From the IMG/VR virus record IMGVR_UViG_3300046809_000507, positions 4,910 to 68,909 of that record: a stretch of 64,000 nt of DNA. One strand, written 5' to 3'. Both the position numbers and the translations under genes were made by a program. Below are positions 27,848-36,509 of this stretch, in pieces. Position 1 is the stretch's first letter; each line of letters begins with the position of its first letter. This DNA comes from a virus. Below the pieces are notes generated by a model. That model had not been told where the DNA came from. It did no database searches and saw nothing but the letters and a program-made list of their open reading frames with translations.

Positions 27848-28741
27848 ATGGTCGACCTGTGGATGCCCGGCGCCGCCCGGCACTCGCTGGGCAACACCGG
27901 CGTGATGAACGGCGGCCCGGCGCGGGCCGTCTGGCACATCACCAGCAACGCGACTGACTGGACGTTCGCCCGCGAGCTGGGCTGGTTCACCGGCGGCGGT
28001 GCCGACGTCGCCCCCCACCTGCTCTGGGACCCGTTCACGGGTGAGCTGGCGCAGTTCTTCCCCGCGGACTCCCGCTCGCTGTCGCTGGAGAACGCGGGCA
28101 GCGTCAGGACGAACCGGACCGGCACGTACTGCATCCAGATCGAGATCGTCTTCACCGAGGGCGAGACCGTCAACGGCAAGAAGTACGCCACGGTCCGAGA
28201 CACCCCGTGCAAGAACCTCGACAAGATCGTCGCCTGGCTGCGAAGCCTCGGCGTCGTCGACGCCTGGCCGGGCGGCACGCCCACCGGGTTCGTCCGCGAC
28301 ACCGTCTCCCTGGACAGCTGGCAGAAGCTCGGCGGGCACTACGGCCACAACCAGGTCCCCGGCAACAGCCACGTCGACCCGGGCCCGATGCCGTCCTTGT
28401 TCGCGCCGGCCCCTACTCCGGCCAAGCCGCCCACCCCGGCAAAGCCCAAGGTGTCGCTCGCGCACGTCGTCTACGCCGCGAAGCACGACCCGACCGCGGC
28501 GCAGGGCCACACCTCCTACAAGGCCGAGGTGTTGATCGTCGAGAAGGCGCTGAAGGCGGAAGGTTTCCTCTCCGCCCAGTATGTCGACGGCTCCTTCGGA
28601 TCCCTCACCGTCGGCGCCTACGCCCGTTGGCAGCGCTCCCCGGCAGGCGGCGGCCACACAGGCAGCGCCGCCGACGGCATCCCCGGCAAGGCCTCCCTCA
28701 AGCTGCTTGCCGCCCGGCACGGCTTCACCGTCACCGACTGA
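27848..28741 (+). CDS. Endolysin: N-acetylmuramoyl-L-alanine amidase plus peptidoglycan-binding domain
   Basis: VWHIT, IQIEIV, GHNQVPGNSHVDPG; DGSFGSLT...ADGIPG. Confidence 0.9.
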   Translation: MVDLWMPGAARHSLGNTGVMNGGPARAVWHITSNATDWTFARELGWFTGGGADVAPHLLWDPFTGELAQFFPADSRSLSLENAGSVRTNRTGTYCIQIEIVFTEGETVNGKKYATVRDTPCKNLDKIVAWLRSLGVVDAWPGGTPTGFVRDTVSLDSWQKLGGHYGHNQVPGNSHVDPGPMPSLFAPAPTPAKPPTPAKPKVSLAHVVYAAKHDPTAAQGHTSYKAEVLIVEKALKAEGFLSAQYVDGSFGSLTVGAYARWQRSPAGGGHTGSAADGIPGKASLKLLAARHGFTVTD

Positions 28742-28758
28742 CCTTCAAGGAGATCACC

Positions 28759-29082
28759 ATGCACCCCACCGACGCACAGCTGTGGGCTGCGGCCCTCGGC
28801 TACCTGCTGCCGCTCGCCATAGCGATCGTCGCGCAGCCCCGCTGGACCGGCGCCGTGAAGGGCCTCCTCATGCTCGCCGTCGCCAGCGGCGACGGAGTCG
28901 GAACCGCGTACTTCAACGGTGAGTTCTCCAGCAAGTCCATCGTCACTTGCATGCTCGTCGCCGCCGTCGCCATCGGCGCCGCCTACCACCTCCTGTGGAA
29001 GCCCTCCGGGATCGCTCCCGGCATCGAGCGCGCCACGTCGACGGGCGGCACCGCTCCGGCGAGCACCCCCCAGGGCGTGTAG
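28759..29082 (+). CDS. Holin-like membrane protein
   Basis: Three TM segments, directly after the endolysin. Confidence 0.75.
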   Translation: MHPTDAQLWAAALGYLLPLAIAIVAQPRWTGAVKGLLMLAVASGDGVGTAYFNGEFSSKSIVTCMLVAAVAIGAAYHLLWKPSGIAPGIERATSTGGTAPASTPQGV

Positions 29083-29517
29083 GTGCGGCGCCGTATCGTC
29101 CGGCGGCTGGGCAGGCTGCTCGGCCGCCGCGGCGCGTTCCTCCTGGCGTTCGGCATGGTGTGGGGGCTGATCGGCTACGGCCAGATCTCCGCTCCACCGC
29201 CGGACCAGCGCGGCCTGCATCTGCTGCTGGACCGGGTGCCGTTGGTGGTGTGGGGCTGGTTGTGGATCACGGCCGGGGTGGTGGCGATCGTGTCGGCGTT
29301 CCTGCCGCAGGGCTCCGACCGGTTCGGGTTCCTCGCGCTGCCGTTGATCGTGACGCCGTGGATCATCTCGTATCTCGTCGCCTGGTGGCAGGGGACATTC
29401 CCCAGGGGGTGGATCGCGGCGGCTCTGTACGGCGGGCTCGCGATCGGAATCCTGGTCGTGGCCGGATGGGGGGAGCCTCCGCGGCCCAAGAGAGAAGAGC
29501 CTCCGTATGACTCCTGA
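29083..29517 (+). CDS. Four-TM lysis-cassette membrane protein
   Basis: LGRRGAFLL start, hydrophobic helices. Confidence 0.75.
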   Translation: MRRRIVRRLGRLLGRRGAFLLAFGMVWGLIGYGQISAPPPDQRGLHLLLDRVPLVVWGWLWITAGVVAIVSAFLPQGSDRFGFLALPLIVTPWIISYLVAWWQGTFPRGWIAAALYGGLAIGILVVAGWGEPPRPKREEPPYDS

Positions 29518-29866
29518 CGCGAACACCATTGCGTCGATCCTCGGCACGGTCGCCACCGGAGGCCTGGCGGCCTGGGCTGCACGCTCAGCGAAGCGAACCA
29601 AGCCGCAGGAGAAGCGAGACGACTTCCTCGCCGTCACCGACCAGCAGGGCAAGGCCATCGAGCGTCTGGAGACCCGCGTGCTGCGCCAGGAGACCGAGGC
29701 GGAGAAGCAGCGGCAGCGGATCGGCGACCAGGACGAAGCGATCGGCTGGCTCCTGTACCGAGTCCGCTCGCTCGTGTCCCACATCAAGAAGGCCGGGCTG
29801 GAGCCGCCGCCGGCCGAGCCGATGTCGGAGCCGGCGGCCCGGTACATCCGCAACATCGACGCGTGA
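29507..29866 (+). CDS. TM plus coiled-coil lysis-cassette protein
   Basis: N-terminal TM, coiled coil, EPPP. Confidence 0.72.
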   Translation: MTPDANTIASILGTVATGGLAAWAARSAKRTKPQEKRDDFLAVTDQQGKAIERLETRVLRQETEAEKQRQRIGDQDEAIGWLLYRVRSLVSHIKKAGLEPPPAEPMSEPAARYIRNIDA

Positions 29867-29883
29867 AGACTGGAGTGCGGCCG

Positions 29884-29970
29884 ATGGACGAGCCCCCGCC
29901 GCCGTTCTGGTTGTCGCCGCGCCCGTTCCTCGAACCCGAACCCGACTGGCCGGACGACGACGAAGACTGA
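29884..29970 (+). CDS. 28-aa Pro/acidic peptide (MDEPPPPFWLSPRPFLEPEPDWPDDDED)
   Basis: RBS ggag; ends just before the terminator. Confidence 0.5.
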   Translation: MDEPPPPFWLSPRPFLEPEPDWPDDDED

Positions 29971-29972
29971 CG

Positions 29973-30006
29973 ACGCCCCCTCCTGCTTCGGCGGGAGGGG
30001 GCGTTT
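29973..30006 (+). terminator. Terminator ending the late operon
   Basis: 14-bp stem, TTCG loop, TTT. Confidence 0.8.
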
Positions 30007-30089
30007 CGCTGTGTCCATCTCTCGTTCGAGCTGTGCCACGGTCGGCTGATGACGGGTATCTCGACTGTGGCCTGGTCGGTATATAGGGC

Positions 30090-30275
30090 ATGAACCGTGA
30101 AGAGCGCCGCCGCATCCTGGGCGACGAAGTGATCGCCGCTATCCGTCAGCGAGTCGCCGAGGCTCCCGATCCGTCTCCGGAGCTAGTGGAGGAACTTCGG
30201 CGCATCATGACCAATCCAGGCGGCTCGGTTCCTCGGGAGCGCCCGGGAGGTCTCGACTCGGGACCTAGCGCATAG
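30090..30275 (+). CDS. Small hypothetical protein
   Basis: 61-aa ORF, possibly leaderless. Confidence 0.6.
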   Translation: MNREERRRILGDEVIAAIRQRVAEAPDPSPELVEELRRIMTNPGGSVPRERPGGLDSGPSA

Positions 30276-30318
30276 CGTCCGCTGAAGCGCGCTCACTCCC
30301 TGAGGGCTTCGAGAATGC

Positions 30319-30354
30319 TCTAACCCTCGATAACCTGACTTATGGAGGGTCAGA
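30319..30354. other. lox/dif-like recombination site
   Basis: TCTAACCCTCGATAA-CCTGAC-TTATGGAGGGTCAGA: 15-bp inverted arms (13/15 match), 6-bp spacer, 240 bp upstream of a tyrosine recombinase. Confidence 0.78.
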
Positions 30355-30363
30355 AACGGTACG

Positions 30364-30597
30364 ATGGAGGGCATGGAAACCCTAAGCGCCTTCCAGGATC
30401 TGATGACCGCACTCACCACCCGGCGCCCCAACCAATCGGCTGCCGCGGACGAACGAACTGTTGCGGCAGCCCTGGACAAGCACGCCCATGAGTTGGCGGC
30501 GCGCATCGCTGAGTACGCCGAGCGTCCCGGCATTGATGAGCCCCAGCGTCAGATCCTCCGAGGCGCCGCCCGAATCGTTCGCGGCGAGGAGTTGTGA
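30364..30597 (+). CDS. Small protein coupled to the recombinase gene
   Basis: GTGA overlap with the recombinase start. Confidence 0.6.
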   Translation: MEGMETLSAFQDLMTALTTRRPNQSAAADERTVAAALDKHAHELAARIAEYAERPGIDEPQRQILRGAARIVRGEEL

Positions 30598-31592
30598 CCG
30601 ACCTCGAACCCCGCGTCGCCGACGTCGTCCCGCACGACCCGAACACGGTCCTCTCCCCGGCCGCCCTCGACCGCCTCGACCGGTCCATCCCCGAGAACAC
30701 GAAGACCGCCTACCGCCGCCAGGCCCGGGACTTCGTCGCCTGGTGCGAGGAACGCGGACGCGACACCCTACCCGCCAGCGCCCAGACCCTCGCCGACTAC
30801 GTCTCCCACCTCTGCGACCAGGACAAGGCGCCGTCCACGATCGAGCAGGCTATCGCCACCATCCGCGTCGCCCACCGCGAAGCAGGCCACGACGGACAAC
30901 CCGACACCCGGGCCGCGTTGCGCATCCTCAAGACCCACAAGCGCGACCGGGCCGATCAGGGGAAGCGCAAGAAGAAGGCCCCCGCTGTCACCCTCGACAT
31001 CCTCCGCGCCATGATCGACGCCACCGACCCCGACACCCTCGCCGGACGCCGCGACCGCGCACTCATCGTCCTCGGCTTCGCCATGATGGCCCGCCGCTCC
31101 GAACTCGCCGCCCTCCACATCGGCGACGTCGCCTTCACCGACGACGGACTCGTCGTCCTCATCCGCACATCCAAGACCGATCAGGAAGCCGAAGGCGCCG
31201 AGGTCCACATCCCCAACGGTGTCCACCCAGACACCGACCCCGTCCGCGTCGTCCGGGCCTGGCTCGCCATCCTCACCGACCACGGCCACACCGACGGTCC
31301 GCTGCTCCGCCAGATCAATCGCTGGGACCAGCTCCAGCCGGGCGGCATGTCCGGCGCCGCCATCAACGAACGCGTCCGCGCCCTGGCCGTCCGAGCCGGA
31401 CTCCCCAAAGCGGCAGACTTCACCGCACACGGCCTCCGAGCAGGCGGACCCACAGAAGCCGCCAAAGCGGGCCACCCCGTCAGCTTCATCGCCGACCACG
31501 GCCGCTGGTCCAAGACCAGCCCCCAAGTGCTGGAGTACATCCGGTCCACCGAGAAGTGGCGCGACAACCCGATGCGCGGCATCGGACTCTGA
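30594..31592 (+). CDS. Cre-like tyrosine recombinase (resolvase type)
   Basis: RDRAL, RRSEL, SKTDQ, HGLRAG, HGRW, terminal Y; no arm-binding domain. Confidence 0.92.
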   Translation: MTDLEPRVADVVPHDPNTVLSPAALDRLDRSIPENTKTAYRRQARDFVAWCEERGRDTLPASAQTLADYVSHLCDQDKAPSTIEQAIATIRVAHREAGHDGQPDTRAALRILKTHKRDRADQGKRKKKAPAVTLDILRAMIDATDPDTLAGRRDRALIVLGFAMMARRSELAALHIGDVAFTDDGLVVLIRTSKTDQEAEGAEVHIPNGVHPDTDPVRVVRAWLAILTDHGHTDGPLLRQINRWDQLQPGGMSGAAINERVRALAVRAGLPKAADFTAHGLRAGGPTEAAKAGHPVSFIADHGRWSKTSPQVLEYIRSTEKWRDNPMRGIGL

Positions 31593-31861
31593 ACGCCAGC
31601 CGGGGGCATCACCGGGGAGCGGATATTTCCAGTCACGCATCTATCCCCGTGGCTGGTTCTGGTGCATCGTTGATCGCGCGGGCCCACCGATCCCCCCAGG
31701 TGAGGCCCCACTCCGGGCCCCGCCGTGTAGCTGCGAGCTGGGCGGGGCCCGCCGCTCCTCCCGGCTCCCCACGGGAGGCATGCGGCTGCCCGGCGCCGGT
31801 GTGCGCCCAGCCGCCGCGCTTCATAGGCTGGCCTCACGGGGGCTGCTCACGGAGGTCTGCA

Positions 31862-32779
31862 ATGCCCCGAACCATTTGGAGCGGAGCGATCAGCTTCGGT
31901 CTAGTCACCGTGCCGATCCACGTCGTGTCGGCCACGGAAGATCACAGCATCCGCTTCCACCAGGTCCACCTGGAGGACATGGGCCGGGTCCGGAACCGGA
32001 AGATCTGCTCGATCGACGGGCAAGAGGTCTCCCAGTCGGAGATCGGCAAGGGCTACCAGCTGTCGAAGGACACGCTCATCCCCGTCCTCGACGAGGAACT
32101 GCGGGAGATGCCCCTGCCGACAGCGAAGGCGATCGAATTGGTGGCGTTCATGCCGGCCGAGAGCATCGACCCGATCCGGATCGGCGAGGGCTACTACCTC
32201 CAGCCGGACGGCCAGGTCGCAGCCAAGCCCTACACCCTCCTCCGTCAGGCGCTGGAGCGGTCGTCGAAGGTGGCCGTCGCGAAGTACGCCTGGTCCGGCC
32301 GCGAGCGTCTCGGCCTGCTCCGGGTCCGCGACAACGTGATCGTGCTGCATGCGATGCGGTGGCCGGACGAGATCCGCAGCCCGGCCGAGCTGACACCGGA
32401 AGCCGTCGAGCTCACCGAAGACGAGATCGCCGAGGCGGAACACCTCATCGACCGGCTGACCATCGACGACCTGGAGGGCGAAGACTTCACCGACCGGTAC
32501 ACAGAGGCCGTGGAGCAGCTCATCGACGCCAAGCGCGAACACCGCGAACCGCCCACGGCCGAGGAACCGAAGGAGCCAGCACAGATCGTCGACCTGATGG
32601 CCGCGCTGCAGGAGTCCGTCGCGAAGGCGCGAGAGTCCCGCGGCGAGGACGCCACCGTCCACGACCTGCCGAAGAAGAAGACCGCGGCCAAGAGGACGGC
32701 GAAGAAGCAGCCGACCAAGAAGACGACCACGAAGAAGACTTCCAAGAAGGTGACGGGGCGGAAGCCGCGGAGTGCCTAG
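31862..32779 (+). CDS. ku: Ku DNA end-binding protein
   Basis: MPRTIWSGAISFGLVTVP...VDLMAALQES plus Lys-rich tail. Confidence 0.95.
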   Translation: MPRTIWSGAISFGLVTVPIHVVSATEDHSIRFHQVHLEDMGRVRNRKICSIDGQEVSQSEIGKGYQLSKDTLIPVLDEELREMPLPTAKAIELVAFMPAESIDPIRIGEGYYLQPDGQVAAKPYTLLRQALERSSKVAVAKYAWSGRERLGLLRVRDNVIVLHAMRWPDEIRSPAELTPEAVELTEDEIAEAEHLIDRLTIDDLEGEDFTDRYTEAVEQLIDAKREHREPPTAEEPKEPAQIVDLMAALQESVAKARESRGEDATVHDLPKKKTAAKRTAKKQPTKKTTTKKTSKKVTGRKPRSA

Positions 32780-32793
32780 GCGCCCTCCTTGCT

Positions 32794-33249
32794 CTACTGC
32801 GGATACCCCTGCTCGCCCATGCACTGCTGGAACGCCTTCTCGTGCATCGTGGCGCTGTACGAGTCAGTGAGCGAATCAAGCGTGTCGTCACCGCTACTGC
32901 TGTTGCCCGGATAGGCCTGGTTGGCGACGGTCTCGCAGTGGGCGCGGGCCTCGGTCTCGGTGAGCTGCGTCTGAGTGTCGCTGTCCTGAACAGGGACGAC
33001 GGTGTCCTTGCCGTCCTTGCCGTCTTTGCCTGCAGGCCCGGGAAGGCCACGGAGACCGGGCAACCCCGCCGGTCCGGGCGCCCCGGATGGACCGGCCGGG
33101 CCGGGTGTGCTGCGCTGGGTTTTCAGGTCGCTGATCTGCATCTGCTGGGCGATGAGCGCCGCCGACTGGGCAGCCAGTATGGCGACGAGGACGCCGCCGA
33201 CTATGAGGTGACGCCGCGGTCTTCGCGGCGGTTCGTTTTCGCTGTTCAC
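32794..33249 (-). CDS. Membrane-anchored collagen-like protein
   Basis: TM helix, about 11 Gly-X-Y triplets, Cys pair. Confidence 0.75.
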   Translation of the reverse strand: MNSENEPPRRPRRHLIVGGVLVAILAAQSAALIAQQMQISDLKTQRSTPGPAGPSGAPGPAGLPGLRGLPGPAGKDGKDGKDTVVPVQDSDTQTQLTETEARAHCETVANQAYPGNSSSGDDTLDSLTDSYSATMHEKAFQQCMGEQGYPQ

Positions 33250-33287
33250 GTGCCCCCCTTGGCCTGGACAGCCGAAGTGTAGGGCAG

Positions 33288-33623
33288 TCAGTCCAGGTAC
33301 CCGAGCTCCGTGTCAGGCCGGCAGTGGGTGCAGGCGGCGACCCCTTCGGCGAGCGCCCGGCGCGCCTGGTCCTCGCTGACGCCCTTGGACCGCTTCCCCG
33401 TCATGTGGCAGTCGCCTGCGTGGACGTACACGGGATGCCCGCCGTTGAGTCCTTGCTCGATCATCCAGTCCGGCTGGGGTGGCCGGGCTTGCTCGCCGCG
33501 CTGCTGCTCGGCCTGCCGCTGCTCCTCGGCTGCGATCCACCTGCGGGTGCGGTCGAGGTCTTGCTCCTGGACGCGGGCGAGGAAGTGCAGGGAGTCGAGA
33601 CGGGACGGGGCGGAGTCGTTCAC
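33288..33623 (-). CDS. DUF6233-like protein
   Basis: VHAGDC...ACTHCRPDTELG. Confidence 0.75.
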   Translation of the reverse strand: MNDSAPSRLDSLHFLARVQEQDLDRTRRWIAAEEQRQAEQQRGEQARPPQPDWMIEQGLNGGHPVYVHAGDCHMTGKRSKGVSEDQARRALAEGVAACTHCRPDTELGYLD

Positions 33624-33631
33624 GTGTTCGA
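33616..33631. promoter_or_regulatory. Degenerate LexA (SOS) box over the DUF6233 start codon
   Basis: TCGTTC-ACGT-GTTCGA versus the actinobacterial consensus TCGAAC-N4-GTTCGA. Confidence 0.5.
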
Positions 33632-33687
33632 TATTACGGCTGTACGCTGCCACCGGCACACCAGGGGTTCGACGAGAGGAGCAGGCC

Positions 33688-34017
33688 ATGACCGACGCTG
33701 ACCTGCTGCTCGCCCTCGGCATCGACCCGGCCACCCTCGACCCGGCGCCGGCTGCCGGCCGGGACGGCTTCGCCCGGGTGGGCCTGGACCCGGCGCCGTG
33801 CAGCTTGTGCGGGCGACCGGCCAGCGTCACGAAGGCCCTCGCCCTGGACGGCGGCCATCGGTGGCTGGACCGCTGTCTTGCCTGCTTCACCGCGACGGCC
33901 CGCTTCGACTCGAACCGGACGCCGTCGACCACGGCCGGGATCGTCGCCGACCTCCGGGCTGCGGCAGCCGAGGCGGGCGTGGCGCTGACCGTGGCCGTCG
34001 ACGGCGAGGCAGGCTGA
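33688..34017 (+). CDS. Hypothetical zinc-binding protein
   Basis: RBS gaggag; CSLC...RWLDRCLAC. Confidence 0.65.
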   Translation: MTDADLLLALGIDPATLDPAPAAGRDGFARVGLDPAPCSLCGRPASVTKALALDGGHRWLDRCLACFTATARFDSNRTPSTTAGIVADLRAAAAEAGVALTVAVDGEAG

Positions 34018-34021
34018 CCGC

Positions 34022-34213
34022 GTGGACCGCTACCACCTGCTCCTCACCCTTGATGGCCGGCCCGCGATGCAGGGCTGGTGGACCTCCGAGGCGACCGCCC
34101 GCCGCCAGTTCACGTCGTGGGTCGGCGAGCGCGGCAGCATGCCCGGCGTGCGCATCACCCTCGTCGACGAGGAGACGGGCGAGACGCTGGAGACCTGGCC
34201 CGAGGAGCCGTAG
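34022..34213 (+). CDS. Small hypothetical protein
   Basis: GRPAMQGWW...LETWP. Confidence 0.65.
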   Translation: MDRYHLLLTLDGRPAMQGWWTSEATARRQFTSWVGERGSMPGVRITLVDEETGETLETWPEEP

Positions 34214-34331
34214 CGACGGCTGCCCCGTTGTCGGTGGCGACTCGTAGAATTGGGCTCATCAATCAGCCATGCTGGCTGCGTGAGCTGAAACCGCCCCGCC
34301 CGCCGAGAGACCGGGCGGGGCGGACTGCTGT

Positions 34332-34535
34332 CTAGGCCGCCTCGACCTCCGCGTGCCGGACGGCCCGCTTGAGCCCCATCTCGACGTCGTACCGCGGCAC
34401 CCCGGCCTGCTTGGCGAACGCGGCGACCCCCTCGTGCACGGCGCGCGCCGTGTCCACGGTCAGCTCGCCGTCCTGGATCTGCTTCCAGGCGGAACGTTCC
34501 AGCTCCAGCAGGGGTTCGGGGAAGTCGATGGTCAC
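34332..34535 (-). CDS. Small hypothetical protein
   Basis: Helical 67-aa ORF. Confidence 0.6.
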   Translation of the reverse strand: MTIDFPEPLLELERSAWKQIQDGELTVDTARAVHEGVAAFAKQAGVPRYDVEMGLKRAVRHAEVEAA

Positions 34536-34702
34536 CGGGGGATCCTACGCGGGGGCGTCTGTCATGCTGACCGCATGCGAGTGTGGCGCGAGTACTGGCA
34601 GGCTTTCGGGATTCGCTACGGCCTCTTCCAGGCACTCATGGCGGTGCTGTGGGTGGCCAGCGGCATGGGTCTGTTCGGCGGCCTCGCATGGATGGCGCTG
34701 AC

Positions 34703-34897
34703 CTAGGCCGCTTCGACGATGTCCCCACGCTCGGCCGCAGTCGCCACCGTCCACTCATCCCGCAGCACCTCGTACCGGCGCCGCGTGTCCCCGTACAGCC
34801 AGCCGCCAGCCCGCACCACCAGGGCGCGGATCTCCTCATTCACCACGGCAGACGGCCGCACGAGGCCCGAGGTCGGGGGAGTGGGAGGCATGGTCAA
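34703..34897 (-). CDS. Small hypothetical protein
   Basis: RPSAVVNEEIRAL motif. Confidence 0.6.
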   Translation of the reverse strand: MTMPPTPPTSGLVRPSAVVNEEIRALVVRAGGWLYGDTRRRYEVLRDEWTVATAAERGDIVEAA

Positions 34898-34923
34898 ATC
34901 CTAGAGCCAGCCTCGGACAGCGG

Positions 34924-35172
34924 TCAGCCCTCAGCCGGGGGCTGCTGGCGGGCGACGAACGACCCGAGGCCCGGCTCCGTGTAGATGAGCCCTTCCTCGC
35001 GCAGCCCGCCGTGGACCTTCTGCGCGGTCGCCTGGGCGATCCCGAACTCGGTCGCGAGCTGGATGACCGACGGGACCCGTGTGCGCGGCGGGTAGGTGCC
35101 GTCGGCGATCCGCTGCCGGATCACTTCGGCTACCTGCTTCCACCTGGGCACATCCGCCTCGAATTCGATCAC
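34924..35172 (-). CDS. Short GntR-family winged-helix regulator
   Basis: WKQVAEVIRQRIADGTYP...GLGSFV. Confidence 0.85.
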   Translation of the reverse strand: MIEFEADVPRWKQVAEVIRQRIADGTYPPRTRVPSVIQLATEFGIAQATAQKVHGGLREEGLIYTEPGLGSFVARQQPPAEG

Positions 35173-35308
35173 ACGGTCAACGTGACACGCCATCCCATGC
35201 CACGCGAGCGGTAGCACACGTAGCAACCCATAGCATGCTATGTCTAAGCTGCTAATACAGCCCCGCCCACGCACGGCCGGGGAGTGCAGGCCGGTGAGCG
35301 GAGCGGAC

Positions 35309-35539
35309 ATGGACGAGCGTAGAGACCGACCCCCGCCCCACGGAACCGGCACGGCAGCCATACCTCCCGGCGCCCGACTCTCCCCGCTCCAGCAGGCCTA
35401 CAGCCGGTACGTCACCCACACCACCGGATGCGACCACTGCCGGGACATCGACCGCGGCTGGTGCGAGAAGTCGGAGCGCCTGCACCGGGAGTGGAAGCGG
35501 CAGGAGGCTGCGGCCGTTCGCGGGCTGGCCGGCGCGTGA
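35309..35539 (+). CDS. Small Cys/His protein, divergent from the GntR gene
   Basis: HxxxCxxC...C. Confidence 0.6.
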   Translation: MDERRDRPPPHGTGTAAIPPGARLSPLQQAYSRYVTHTTGCDHCRDIDRGWCEKSERLHREWKRQEAAAVRGLAGA

Positions 35540-35769
35540 CGATATCCACCGTGCGGATGGGGACACGAATCGTCCACGGTGGGACAAGGCGGCGCGCGAC
35601 GGGGTCCGTCTGGTGGGGTTTGTGTGGATCGCGTGCCCGTGAAGGTTACGGGCGGGTGACGAGTTGTGTGCATCCCGTGCAGATATATGCAGAGAGTGGT
35701 CTTCCGTAACAGCCAGACGTGATGTTGACTGAATTTCTGTCAGCCGCTCGAAATGAACGTCGTGGCAGG

Positions 35770-36024
35770 TCAGCCGTGGAGGAGGTCGGTGATGCGCACG
35801 CCAATGACGCGGGCGATCCGCAGCAGCGTGTTCAAGGACGGGTTAGCGACACCGCTCTCGATCTGCTGGTAGTAGGCCCGGTTGAGTGGGACGGCGAGGA
35901 AGACCTGCTCCTGGGTGAGGTTGCGGTCTGTGCGGACGTTGCGGATGGACCTGCCGATGCGCTGCCGCTCCTCGCGGAGGGCGTCGCTGTCTGGCGGGTC
36001 GGAAGTCACTCGACAAACGCTCAA
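35770..36024 (-). CDS. XRE-family HTH regulator
   Basis: NLTQEQV...IESGVANPSLNTLLRIA. Confidence 0.85.
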   Translation of the reverse strand: MSVCRVTSDPPDSDALREERQRIGRSIRNVRTDRNLTQEQVFLAVPLNRAYYQQIESGVANPSLNTLLRIARVIGVRITDLLHG

Positions 36025-36131
36025 CCCAAGACGATCATGAGTCAGCCTGGTGGTACCAGGCTTTCTGTGATCTTGATCGCCTAGCCGTGCGGTATGGCAG
36101 ACGCCGCAGGGCTAGAGGTAGTGTCCGAGAT

Positions 36132-36147
36132 TCGAACGGACGTTCGC
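36132..36147. promoter_or_regulatory. LexA (SOS) box
   Basis: TCGAAC-GGAC-GTTCGC, one mismatch to consensus. Confidence 0.65.
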
Positions 36148-36249
36148 TCGAAAGAGTGAAGAACCCCTCCCACCTGCATCCGGTTGAACAGGTCGGGCAC
36201 CAGCGAACAAACCACCACCCCCCGACAGAACGCGGCACTGGGAGACGGC

Positions 36250-36489
36250 ATGGACCGACAGCAGATCCTCGACCTCTACGAGTGGGCGGCAGGCATCTGC
36301 TTCCGGCACCCCGAACGGGGCGAGGTGCCCGCGGCGCGCCTCAAGACGCTCCACCCCCGGGTGGGCCACGAGGAACCCGTTCAAGCCTGCCGGGACTGCG
36401 TCATCGAGCTGGAGCAGGAACGCTGGGCCGAAGCCGGCCGTAACGGGCTCGACTACCAGCCCGGACATGCTGGTGAGACGCTCAATTAG
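36250..36489 (+). CDS. Small Cys-containing protein, probably SOS-linked
   Basis: RBS ggag; CFRH...CRDC; downstream of the LexA box. Confidence 0.65.
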   Translation: MDRQQILDLYEWAAGICFRHPERGEVPAARLKTLHPRVGHEEPVQACRDCVIELEQERWAEAGRNGLDYQPGHAGETLN

Positions 36490-36509
36490 GCCAGGCCAAG
36501 GCGGCGGGA

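Noticed and set aside
30461-32779. 772-aa ORF suggesting a long N-terminal fusion to Ku
   Set aside because: The upstream part is an off-frame shadow of the recombinase gene; Ku has its own RBS and ATG at 31862
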